Assembly: GCF_030684315.1 (NCBI RefSeq)
Contig: NC_081370.1
Coordinates: forward strand, 36,660,728-36,724,727
DNA from: Stegostoma tigrinum
Lineage: Eukaryota
Reading direction: 5' to 3'
Length of the DNA: 64,000 nt
Shown: one piece after another, positions 53,201 through 64,000 of the stretch
Layout: every line of letters begins with the position of its first letter
Position numbering within the stretch: position 1 is the stretch's first letter
Position numbers and translations under genes: made by a program
Notes under the pieces: generated by a model
Database searches by the model: none
What the model was told of the DNA's origin: nothing
Seen by the model: only the letters and a program-made list of their open reading frames with translations

Positions 53201-54541
53201 ATTGGCTTAAAGAGTAATCTATCCTCTTAGCATGCATATGGTGCCGTCATATATGTTTAACCTCACTTTCAAGGATTTCATTTTGAGATTGTCACTTTGC
53301 TCAGATCTATCAAGGTCATAGTGTTGCATGACTGTGTCTTTATGACATTTTATGTTCACCTGATGTTTACTCTGCAGTCCTTGTTCCAACAGTCACAAGA
53401 CTCTGGCAGTCTGGACATTCCTCCTTCTATTGCATGATATTTTCTGAGACATTTACAACCTTCCCTTTGTTTGCGACTGTTCCGCTTTGTGTTGCTGGAG
53501 CATCTGTCAGCACAATGCTAGATGTGGTCTTCTGCCATGAATATGGTCAGTTAATTCACCGCTTCCATACTTTTGCAGACATCAATTGGTCTCCTGCCTG
53601 TAAGTTTGTCTTCTTGCAGTGGGTGTGTTTTTACTTTTGGATCTCTTATTTCATATGTAGTCCAGTCTTTAATTAGTGCATTCTTTAATTATATAAATTC
53701 ATGGGTTTCTGCAAGCAATGCTGATCAACAGACTCTTTTTCATATTGTTCCCTAGTAATGAATAAACACTGTTCATAAGTAACAGTGTCAAAGTGTGTCC
53801 TCAAAGCTTTTATAATTTCTGCTGTTTATTTGTTCTGCTCTTCAGAGTGATTTTGGATTGAATTTTTGAGGAATTTTAGATTTAGGGAGGCAACGGCCTA
53901 TTGGTAGTATCAATGAACTGTTATATCTAGAGACCCAGGTAACGTTCTTCGGACCTGAGCTCAAATCCTGCCTCGGCAGATGGTGGAATTTGAATTCAAT
54001 AATAATTTGGAATTGAGAGTCTAATGATGATCATGATATCATTGTCAATTCTTGGGGAAATACCCATCTGGTTCACTCATGTCCTTTAGGGAACAAAACT
54101 GCTGTACTTACCTGGTCTGGATTACATTTGGCTGCACACCCACAGCACTATGGTTTATTCTCAACTTCCCCCTGGATGGGCAATTAGGGATGGGTAATAA
54201 ATGCCCACATCCCATTAATGAATAAAAACAAAAATATATTTTGAAACAGTGTCCTCCCAGTGATAAAAGTGTAATGACTTGTACTTGTTCAGGTTTTCTC
54301 AACAAATCCATGGCTATTGTATAATTCTGCTGTTACTCATGGAAGGTCTCTCAGTTCATTTTCAAACCCTCACCCAGTCATTTGATCAGGAGATAAGGGG
54401 GAAAATCTGTAACCATTTTCTTGACAGTAATGTTTTCACTTTGATCTTCATTTTATTCTCCTTTCAGAGGCAGATCACAACTCTGTGACTGTGCTTTTTA
54501 TTTCAGCTCTGGATATTCACCTCAGTACCTCTTCTGACGCA
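50270..54541 (-). mobile_element. Decayed Gypsy/Ty3 LTR retrotransposon internal region
   Basis: Minus-strand remnants: RT (MDDLLIY), RNase H (ALTQSE..YIQIEKECLA), integrase (NGKAEVAVKITKRII). PBS-like rc cttctgacgca at ~54531-54541. LTRs not confidently located. Nested PLE fragment ~52950-53027 and SINE 53885-54235. Confidence 0.75.
53885..54235 (+). mobile_element. tRNA-derived SINE with LINE-derived tail
   Basis: Head ggaggcaacggcctattggt...tcaaatcc; body tggttcactcatgtcctttaggg; tail ggcaattagggatgggtaataaatgc...tgaataaa. Confidence 0.8.
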
Positions 54542-56347
54542 TTGTTTTAAGTGTCAAACATATCAATATGTCCAACACAAGGATTTTATTGAGTTTATGG
54601 TTAAGATGACCTCATAAAGGGTGTGTGTCTCATGTTAGACATCACATGTCTACAGCAAGCTAGAGCAGACATTTGTGCATGATTGCATTTCAACCCAAAC
54701 ATAGTTAGTCCTCCTCTGCCCTTCACACCACACCCCCAAACCCTACTTTTTTCCTAAAACTGTTTTTTTAAGCTTCAAGGATCTATCCAATTCCTGTTTG
54801 AAAATTCTTACTGAATCTGCTTCCATGTCCTTTGCAGACAATGTATTCTTGATTAAAGTGTATTATTGTTCAAAGCAAATGTTTCACAAATCCCCATTTT
54901 TTTTCTTTAATTTGTGATTAATTTAAAGCCGCTCTCCTCTGGTCACTGACCCTCCTGCCAATGGGCTCACTGATTGGAATGGATTAACATCTCCAATCGG
55001 GGAACTCATGTTCTTCAGGGCCAGCTGACCCCGTCACAGTCATTACAAGTTGTAAATTCCTGAGACAAAATGCTTCTTTATTTTTGTCAGACATGACTCA
55101 GTGGAGACACTCTCATCGTGGGTTGAAGACTTAGTCCAGAAACTCAGTGCAGAACTGAGGGAGTGCCAACTGTAACAACATTAAATGGAGACCCTGTCTA
55201 GAATAGTACCATTGCTATAGTCACTGTTGTCTGTGCTCTGTCTCTGTTTTTCACACATAGGATCTAACAAGTATTTCAGTTTGACCTGCCACCTCTAAAA
55301 ACTTGTGCACTGACTCCTCCAGCTCTCTCTGTTGCTGAATCCATTTCTAAATTGCATAATCTAGTTTACATTGCATCTCTTTATTTTTTCTACTAAAATG
55401 AGTCACATCACAATCCTCTGCATGAAATCTCATCCACTCTGTGTCTAGCAGTTCATCTGTTTATGTTGCCTGAAGATAGTTTACTACATTTCTGAGTTTA
55501 ATGTCATCTGCACTCTTTGAAATTATACCTTGTCTATCCAAGTTTGAGTCATTAATATATAATGAAAAGAACAGTAGTTAAACTTCTGATCTTTGAGATC
55601 CCTCCCTCTAGTCTGAAAAATATCCTTTCAGCGCTATTCTCTGCTTCCCAAGTCCTAGTCAATTTTATGACAGTGCTGCCACAATCCCTTTAATCCCATG
55701 GGCTTTAACTCCACTAACAAAATTATTATGTGGTACTCCAGCACTTGCAAGTCCATATACATAATATCAATTATATTACATTCATCTATCCTCTGTTGTA
55801 CTTTCAAGGATTCAAGTTAGTCAGGAACGGTTTGTGATTCACTAACCCAAGCTGGTTCTCTTTTATGAACGTATGCTTAACCAAGCAGCTACTGATGTCC
55901 TCCTTTTTCTTTGATTTGGGTGGAATATTTATAATTTCCAAACTCTAATTAAAGTGGGGGGGGGCGGGGGGGGGGGGAGTGGAAAAGTGTCTTTAAGCAA
56001 AGTATGGTTAGACAGTGGATGTTCTGTCACAAATTATTGCTGAAGAAGAATTCATCAATTCTTTCAAAAGGGAATTCAAGTTTTCAATTAGTCGAGGATT
56101 ACAGGAGCTGAGTAGTGATTTAGGATCAAATCAGGTGGGGTATTAAACAATAGAAAATGAGATAGAGAATGCAATTAGTTTCGCTGTAACAATAAATAGT
56201 ATGGGAAGTGAGCAGGAGAGTGGGATTAGATTAGTTGGGATAATAAAAGAAGGAAAGTAAATTGAAGAAGGGGATTAGGGTCTGTGGGATATTAAAAGGA
56301 ATACTTTTTCTTGGTTAGTTCTGTTCAGGAACATTCCATAATTCATT

Positions 56348-56561
56348 CAGAGATAATGGGAACTGCAGATGCTGGAGAATCCGAGATAACAAGGTATGGA
56401 GCTGGATGAACACAGCAGGCCAAGCAGCATCTTAGGAGCACAAAAGCTGACGTTTTGGGCCTAGACCCTCTGATGAAGGGTCTAGGCCTGAAACGTCAGC
56501 TTTTGTGCTCCTAAGATGCTGCTTGGCCTGCTGTGTTCATCCAGCTCCACACTTTGTTATC
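56348..56561. mobile_element. PLE-derived mini fold-back element; hairpin loop is exactly CTGATGA
   Basis: 85-bp arms 56385-56469 and 56477-56561, 37-nt tail on the left. Perfect TSD ttccataattcatt at 56334-56347 and 56562-56575. Hammerhead core 56470-56497. Confidence 0.92.
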
Positions 56562-57719
56562 TTCCATAATTCATTTTCTTATTACCACAGTGCTGTTATT
56601 TTTGCAAAACATTTTAAAAAGAATGGTGGGAATTTAGGAATAAAGTTTTGCAAGAGTGGAATTACTGGAATTACTGGAATACAGATATAAAGAGCTGTAG
56701 TTTGATAAGGTCTAGTGGCAAAGCTTTCATTAAAACAACCAAATAACACGCTGTTCTTGTTAAATAATCTCTTTTATAGTTTTGGCATCTGGTCAAATCT
56801 GCCACAGGAGATACAAATGCTTCATTCAGACAGGTTGATCTCATTTGAGCTCTCACCTGCACTCAAAACTTGCTCACATGTCAAGGAGGAAATGAGGAAT
56901 TCAGACAAAGTGACTCAGTGTTCTGTGAGTTCAGTAGTGACAACACTATTATCCAAACTCCTCCAACAACTTCTTAAGCCAGTGTAACTTAGGAGAGAGA
57001 GTGCCTGTGTATTTAGATAGTGTCTGATTGCAAAGCATGGGTCATCTCAAAGCAACCTCACACAATCGCAATTCTCAAAGTGCAGAGAGCACAGGAAGAT
57101 CCCACAAAATCTATTGAAAACAGAAGTGATTGAGAAACAAACAATCCATTCTCATGTGGAAAGAGATGAATTAATGTTTCATTTGTGGCATTGTATTTAC
57201 TGTGAGGATGTGAAAAGCAGTATAAGTTAATTCCAACAGTTATCTCTAGTTTTGCTGATCATTGAGTAGCTCGCTTTATCGATTCAGCTAATCATTTTCA
57301 TGTAGGATTGGACTCACAAATATCACAAAATTGGGTGAGGATGGCAGTTGTCCTTTCAGGAAGGATACTGGTGTCCTAACTAGTTGCTGAGTTGTATCAA
57401 ACTGCTATAAAATGTCCAATAAAAGGCCGACAGTCAGCTTCTCAGAGCAGACAATGAAAGTGGTGAGTGTTTAACTCTCCTATATTTTGTATCAGAACTG
57501 AAGCTGAATTTTATACCCTCAGTGTTCATGCTTTACGCAATGGTCCATGACACTGAAGGGTTACTGCCTGCATTGTTACCAACTAGACAAAGGGAAAATA
57601 AAAATACGAACTGAACAAATCACCTATGGTCAACAGATGTGCTCTAATCAATGGGGAGTCAAGATTAAGACTGTCTGAATTCATATACCACGTCAGAAAA
57701 TGAGCCATACTGATTCACT

Positions 57720-58030
57720 CAGCTCCTCTGGCTGGGGAGTCTAGGATACAGGTAACAGTATCAAGGTAAAGTGTTGACCATTTAAGACTGAGATAAAGAG
57801 GAATTTCTTCACACAAAGAGTTGGGAATCTTTGGGATTCTCTCCCCAGAGAACAAAGTTGTTAATTATATCTAAAGCAGAGGTGGATCCATTTTTGGACT
57901 CAGGCAATTAAAGAATATGAAGATGGAGTGAGAAGTTGGAGTTGAAGTAGAAGAACAGCTAATATCTTACTGAACGATGGAGCAGGCTAAAGGAGCTGAA
58001 TTGCTATCTCCTGCTTCTAGTTCAAATGTT
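57720..58030 (+). mobile_element. CR1 3' end
   Basis: tttaagactgagataaagaggaatttcttc...ggagcaggctaaaggagctgaattg. Confidence 0.75.
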
Positions 58031-60488
58031 ATTTACATTCGGCCAGTCAAACATTCAAACTTCCTAGCTCAGAATTTAAGACTCCGGCCTCTTCAGTGTA
58101 AATCCCAATCATTTTGGGAAGTCTGATTCGTCCTGTATCATAAAGTCTGGTGCAGAAATGTCCCACACCCAATAATATAAACACAAAACATTTTGGAGAC
58201 AAAAGGCATGCTTGATTTCAAGATAAATGTGTAGTAAATTTTCCAGGCCTAAGATTTTACTGGCAGGCAATTCAAGACAAAGTCTAAACAATGCTCATTT
58301 GACTTTTGCATTTGCCACTTTGGCAGAGACAATTCACCATTCTAAAACAAAATTGAACATTTTGGCTGGACAAGGAGAAGTTTTTGATGAAAGTCCTGAA
58401 TAGTTTCAAATCCATTTCCACTTTCCCTTTCCACTTGGTTTTAAAACTGAACAACAGCTGCGTTTGGTGATGAGCAGTAGTTACAATCTTCACAGCACTT
58501 TTGAAAGAGTCATAGGACAAAATCTTCCCGGCCACAGAAAGAATTGGAAATTGACAGGCTAGTTGGGAGAATTGTGGCATACGGCCAGGGAGGAGCTTCT
58601 TGCTGTTAAGAGCAGTAGTCCTGCTTTCAAACCATGTGCTGACTGATGAACTGAGACTCTTGCTAATAAATGGCGAGGGACCTACTTGCATGCATTAGCA
58701 TATATTAATATCCTCAGTCTGACTTATCTCAGCTTATTGATATGCAGTTTCCATGGAACAAAATGATTGGCAACAATTTCCAATGTGAAAGTCAGAGGGG
58801 TACCTTGCTCCCCACTTGCCCCTCTGACCTTTGCCAATCACTAAGATCTCAGAACACGCTCCATGGACAGCAACCACATGCATCTCTGCCCACCAGCACC
58901 CGATCCAGGTCCCTATCAGCAAAGCAGTGTGCCAATTTGCCTCTTCCTGAGACGTCTAGGGCAATTGACAGGAGCCGTGCAGGGCAGCAACGCACTGGCA
59001 GCACTGGACTGCGTTCATGGCTGGGCTTTAAAGATGGCACTGGCTACAGGAAACCTGAGAAGTCCCGTCAGGAACTAATACTTACACCTGTGGCAAGTGG
59101 GAGAATATGATGAATAGGGCACAAAGGGGCATGGTGTAATGAGTTGAATCTGGTAAGGCAACATGTGAAAACTTGTAAGGCTGACAAAAAGAAAGCCTGC
59201 ATGAAACACTGCCAAAAATTAGACATGGACAATTTCTCATAAGATTAAGCTCATTGAATTTTACAGCAGAGGGGGAGGCTACTCTGCCCATTATTTCTTT
59301 TTTAGCTCTTGGAAAGAGTTATCCAATTAGTTCTGCTCCACCTACCCTTTCCCAATAGCCCTATTATCTTCCCACACAAGTATTTATCCAATTGCCATCT
59401 GAATTGACTTAGCTTCATGAGCCTTTTAGGCAGTGCATTCCTGATTTCTCCATTTCCAAAATACAATTAGTTTGCCAACTGAAGTGCAGTGACAGATTGA
59501 AGGTAATTACAAAGTAGTGTTCCAGTTTGAAAAGCAGAGCATGACGAATTGGCTTTGCTTCTGTTGTGGTCACCACAGTCACAGGACACATAGGGCCACA
59601 TTACAATCTCTGCTTTCAATCTGAAGGAACCTTCCAACTCAGAAATAATCAGGGCTTTTAATAAGAAAGGAAATCAACCTTTAGTTTTGGCACCAAATCT
59701 GCATCTCATTGGTTTTCAAGATGCAGGATAAGGAATCTACCTTGATTATCACAGCAAGCACACATACAGCCAACATTGAAACTTTACCTCAAAAGACCCA
59801 GTGAGCTGTCGGCCTTAAAGCTTCAGTTATCTATTCCACCCCATATTGCCTGATACATGCCTTGAAGTGTTTGCAGGATCAGCAAGAAGCCATTCGGCCC
59901 CTCAAATCAATCCTGTTATTCCATTATCTCATGGCTGATCTGAATCTTAAATCAATTTTTCTGCTTTGAACTCATAGCCCTTAATACATTTTTCTCACAA
60001 AAATCTAACAAAACAGAAATAGAGTGCACATTTCATCAAAGGCAAAATGTTAATTCTGTTTCTTTCTCCACTTGCTGTCCTGTTGACATTTCCAGCATTT
60101 CCTATTTTGATTTCAGATTTCCAGAGTATTTAATTTATTTATTTATCTCGGTTTTGAGATGTTAAACTGCCTTCCAGCCTCAGCAGATTTCATAGGGAGA
60201 AAAATCCAGATAATGACAGTTCTTTGTGTGTAGAAATACCTCACCTCCAAACAGCCCAGCTCTAATTTGGAAGACTTGTTCAAACTTCACCACCAGATAA
60301 AAGACTATTCAGAAGTTGAAATACCGACTCTGAGAATTAATTTAACCATTTTAAGTACTGTAATTAGTGCTTAAACTTGAAGGGTTTCAAGAAAATAAAC
60401 AAAAGACACTTAATACTGTGCTTTTCACAATTACTCACTATCACTATTAAAGTCTTCTTTACAGCCAATTAAGTAGTTTTGATGTATA

Positions 60489-62493
60489 AATGATAATGGG
60501 AACTGCAGATGCTGGAGAATCCAAGATAACAAAGTGTGAAGCTGGATGAACACAGCAGGCCAAGCAGCATCTCAGGAGCACAAAAGCTGATGTTTCAGGC
60601 CTAGACCCTTCATCAGGGAGGGGGATGGGGAGAGGGTTCTGGAATAAATAAGAAGAGAGGGGGAGGCAGACCGAAGATGGAGAGAAAAGAAGTTAGATGG
60701 AGAGGAGAGTATAGGTGGGGAAGTAGGGAGGGGATAGGTCAGTCCAGGGAAGACGGACAGGTCAAGGAGGTGGGATGAGGTTAGTAGGTAGGAAATGGAG
60801 GTGCGGCTTGAGGTGGGAGGAAGGGATGGGTGAGAGGAAGAACAGATTAGGGAGGGGATGATCTGGGCTGGTTTTGTGATGCAGTGGGGGGAGGGAACGA
60901 ACTGGGCTGTTTTTGGGATGCGGTGGGGGAAGGGGAGATTTTGAAGCTTGTGAAGTCCACATTGATACCATTGGGCTGCAGGGTTCCCAAGCAGAATATG
61001 AGTTGCTGTTCCTGCAACCTTCGGGTGGCATCATTGTGGCACTGCAGGAGGCCCATGATGGACATGTCGTCTGAGGAATGGGAGGGGGAGTGGAAATGGT
61101 TTGCGACTGGGAGGTGCAGTTGTTTATTGCGAACTGAGTGGAGGTGTTCTGCAAAGCGGTCCGCAAGCCACGGCTTGGTTTCCCCAATGTAGAGGAAGCC
61201 ACACTGGGTACAATGGATACAGTATACCACATTGGCAGATGTGCAGGTGAACATCTGCTTAATATGGAAAGTCATCTTGGGGCCTGGGATGGGGGTGAGG
61301 GAGGAGGTGTGGGGGCATGTGTAGCACTTCCTGCGGTTGCAGGGGAAGGGGAAGGCCCACCGACTCCCACAGCTACCTAGAATACACCTCCTCCCACCCA
61401 CCCTCCTGCAAAAATTCCATCCCCTATTCCCAATTCCCCCGCCCCCACCACAACCTCCCCAAGAGGATCCCCCTCATTCTCATACACCACCCCAACAATC
61501 TCTGGATACAACGCATCATCCTCCGACACGTCCACCATCTACAATCCGACCCCACCACCCAAGACATTTTTCCATCCCCACCCTTCTCTGCCTTCCGGAG
61601 AGACCACTCTCTCCATGACTTCCTTGTTCGCTCCACACTCCCCTCTAACCCCACCACACCCGGCACCTTCCCCTGCAACTGCAGGAAGTGCTACACATGC
61701 CCCCACACCTTCTCCCTCACCCATATTCCAGGGCCCAAGATGACTTTCCATATTAAGCAGATGTTCACCTGCACATCTGCCAATGTGGTATACTGTATCC
61801 ATTGTACCCGGTGTGGCTTCCTCTACATTGGGGAAACCAAGCGGAGGCTTGGGGAACGCTTTGCAGAACACCTCCACTCGGTTCGCAATAAACAGCTGCA
61901 CCTCCCAGTCGCGAACTATTTTAACTCCCCCTACCATTCCTTAGACGACATGTCCATCATGGGCATCCTGCAGTGCCACAATGATGCCACCCGAAGGTTG
62001 CAGGAACAGCAACTCATATTCTGCTTGGGAACCCTGCAGCCCAATGGTATCAATGTGGACTTCACAAGCTTCAAAATCTCCCCTTCCCCCACTGCATCAC
62101 AAAACCAGCCCAGCTCGTCCCCTCCCCCCACTGCAACCCAAAACCAGCCCAGCCTTCTCTGCCTCCCTAACCTGTTCTTCCTCTCAGCCATCCTTTCCTC
62201 CCACCTCAAGCCGCACCTCCATTTCCTACCTACTAACCTCATTCTGCCTCCTTGACCTGTCCGTCTTCCCTGGACTGACCTATGCCCTCCCTACTTCCCC
62301 ACCTATACTCTCCTCTCCACCTATCTTGTTTTTTCTCCATCTTCGGTCCGCCTCCCCCTCTCTCCCTATTTATTCCAAAATCCTCTCCCCATCCCCCTCT
62401 CTGATGAAGGGTCTAGGCCCGAAACGTCAGCTTTTGTGCTCCTGAGCTGCTGGTTGGCCTGCTGTGTTCATCCAGCTCCACACTTTGTTATCT
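60489..62493. mobile_element. Palindromic Penelope-like (Neptune-type) insertion
   Basis: Inverted arms ~60523-61349 and 61666-62494; spacer is extra 5' PLE sequence; ~34-nt tail on the left. TSD tagttttgatgtata at 60474-60488 and 62494-62508. Hammerhead core 62401-62428. Confidence 0.93.
61356..62255 (+). pseudogene. PLE ORF C-terminal fragment: RT thumb, Cys-rich linker, GIY-YIG
   Basis: PTDSHSYLEYTSSHPPSCKNSIPYSQF...FPCNCRKCYTCP...NVVYCIHCTRCGFLYIGETKRRLGERFAEH. The Cys-rich linker between RT and EN is characteristic of the Neptune clade. Confidence 0.88.
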
Positions 62494-62680
62494 TAGTTTT
62501 GATGTATAGTTGCTCAGCAGGATCCCATTAAAACACATTGTGACAATGACCAGATAATGTGATTTTGTGATGTTCGTGGAAAATTAGTATTGGACAAGGT
62601 AGCAAGCAGAAATTCCCAACCATCTTAAAATTATTGCCAATCCAACAGGCAGGAAGGGCCTTAGTTTAACAGCTCGTCAT

Positions 62681-63065
62681 CAATTGATGATTGATTGATT
62701 GATTTATTGTCACGTGTACCAAAATACAGCGAAAAGCATCGTTTACAAGAGGTACGGGCAGATCAGAGTAAGCAAAGGATGTACAGATCAAAAAGGCAGA
62801 CAGAGTCACACAAGTAACACTGCATAGGGCGTGTGCTAGATGAGATCAATTTTAACCTAGCCCTAACCCTAACCCTATCGCAGGTTGTCAGTTATTGTCA
62901 ATCTGAGGAACTTGACGCTCTCCACCCTCTCAACCTCAGTTCCATTGACGTAGATGGAGTCGAGACCTCCTCCCTTCTTTCTGAAGTCAATGATCAGTTC
63001 TCTAGTTCTGCCGACATTGAGAGAGAGATTGTTTTCATTGCACCATGTCACCAAACCCTCTAACT
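62681..63065 (-). mobile_element. Rex1/Babar-like LINE, internally deleted
   Basis: rc tail (gatt)n tttattgtcacgtg; RT remnant NNLSLNVGRTRELIIDFRK...YVNGTEVERVESVKF. Confidence 0.75.
62853..62877. repeat. Short interstitial telomere-like repeat (CCCTAA)n
   Basis: taacctagccctaaccctaacccta. Confidence 0.65.
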
Positions 63066-63774
63066 CACTTCAGTATGGAACTGTATTCAAGATGAAAATT
63101 CTGACAGTACAGCACTGAAGGGATAGTATTGATATTTGAGCTTAAGATCTAGACTGGAACACAAACCCGTGACTCTCATGGAAAGTGAGAATGTTCCCAA
63201 CTGAGCCAAAACCTAGATGACATATGCAGCCCTTGTCATTTCAACCTCTTCGCCTTGGTACCATTCTGGTTCATTTGTGCTGCACTCTCTACCAGCTCAA
63301 ATGTCTCGTTCAATGCCTTCTTCAGTATAGTGGTTGTTAATCACAACTCAATCTCTATTATCTGTCAGCTGCATCAACATTTTTCCATAAATTCCTGCCC
63401 ATTTTTCCCTTTACATTCACTCCATTGCATATTGTTCAAGGCTGCCTGTTCCCAATGTTATTATCACACCTTAACAGCCAGTTGCTAGGGTAATATAAAT
63501 CAATACCCAATTGCCCCTCAGCATCCAACTTCAAGTGGAATGAGATACCTGTCCTTGGTGAGCTGGTTATGATGGTAATGTGGTTGATGTACACACTTAT
63601 AACAGGCACTTGATTAAGAGCTTTGAAGTGAGCAAAATTGCAGCCCATAGATTAAAAGAACTATAGTAGTGTAATTATAAAATTGGCTAAGAACCAGACA
63701 ATAGAGAGTGGTGGAATACTGATGTGAATTTTTAAAAATGGAACGGAAGTTAGAGTGGGACTCCCAGGAGTCCA

Positions 63775-63995
63775 TGTTGATGCCACTGCTAGATTATACT
63801 CTCTTCCACCCTTTTCCATCGGGCAGAAGATACAACAGTTTAAAAACACTTACCAATAGATTTAAGAGCTGCTTCTTCCCTGCTGTTATCAGACTTATAA
63901 ACTGGCCTCTCATACATTAGAGTTGATCTTTCTCTGCACCTTTTTTGTAGCTGTATATTTTGCATTCTGTTCTAGTACCCTGATGTACTTGTTCA
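63775..63995 (+). mobile_element. Rex1/Babar-like LINE 3' end
   Basis: LFHPFPSGRRYNSLKTLTNRFKSCFFPAVIRLIN. Confidence 0.75.
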
Positions 63996-64000
63996 AGGTA

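Noticed and set aside
55955-55978. Poly-G run as a functional G-quadruplex
   Set aside because: Simple homopolymer next to decayed CR1 sequence, with no supporting context.
56348-56561. Class II (DNA transposon) MITE
   Set aside because: The arms are PLE pLTR sequence, the ends are asymmetric, and TSD length varies (12-16 bp) among copies, consistent with target-primed reverse transcription rather than a transposase.
45863-64000. GALNT18 exon 1 or promoter
   Set aside because: No transmembrane-coding exon or CpG island recognised; the region looks like repeat-filled intron.

Overview
Repeat-rich vertebrate genomic DNA, almost certainly from an elasmobranch (shark/ray), judged from HE1-type V-SINEs, SacSINE1-like DeuSINEs and shark-type CR1 LINEs. 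The window lies inside one minus-strand gene, a Y-subfamily polypeptide GalNAc-transferase most similar to GALNT18. Five in-phase coding exons with GT/AG borders are present (45862-45667, 35847-35681, 28665-28482, 15450-15253, 12825-12711). Two of them are missed by the ORF track. Exon 1 and the 3' exons lie outside the window. The introns hold decayed CR1, L2, Rex1-like, Tx1 and Gypsy elements, two related solo LTRs, SINEs and SINE-derived 33-bp minisatellites. The most striking signal is a series of at least seven Penelope-like (PLE) fold-back insertions of about 200 bp to 2 kb. Each has two inverted arms with 3' ends pointing outward, a ~30-40 nt tail on one arm only, and minimal hammerhead-ribozyme motifs; five have clear 12-16 bp target-site duplications. 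The youngest is a near-perfect palindrome with 782-bp arms. The smallest are MITE-like hairpins whose arms stop at the ribozyme, and in one the loop is exactly CTGATGA. Repeat-family names come from recognition by eye rather than database searches, and repeat boundaries are approximate unless a TSD is quoted.
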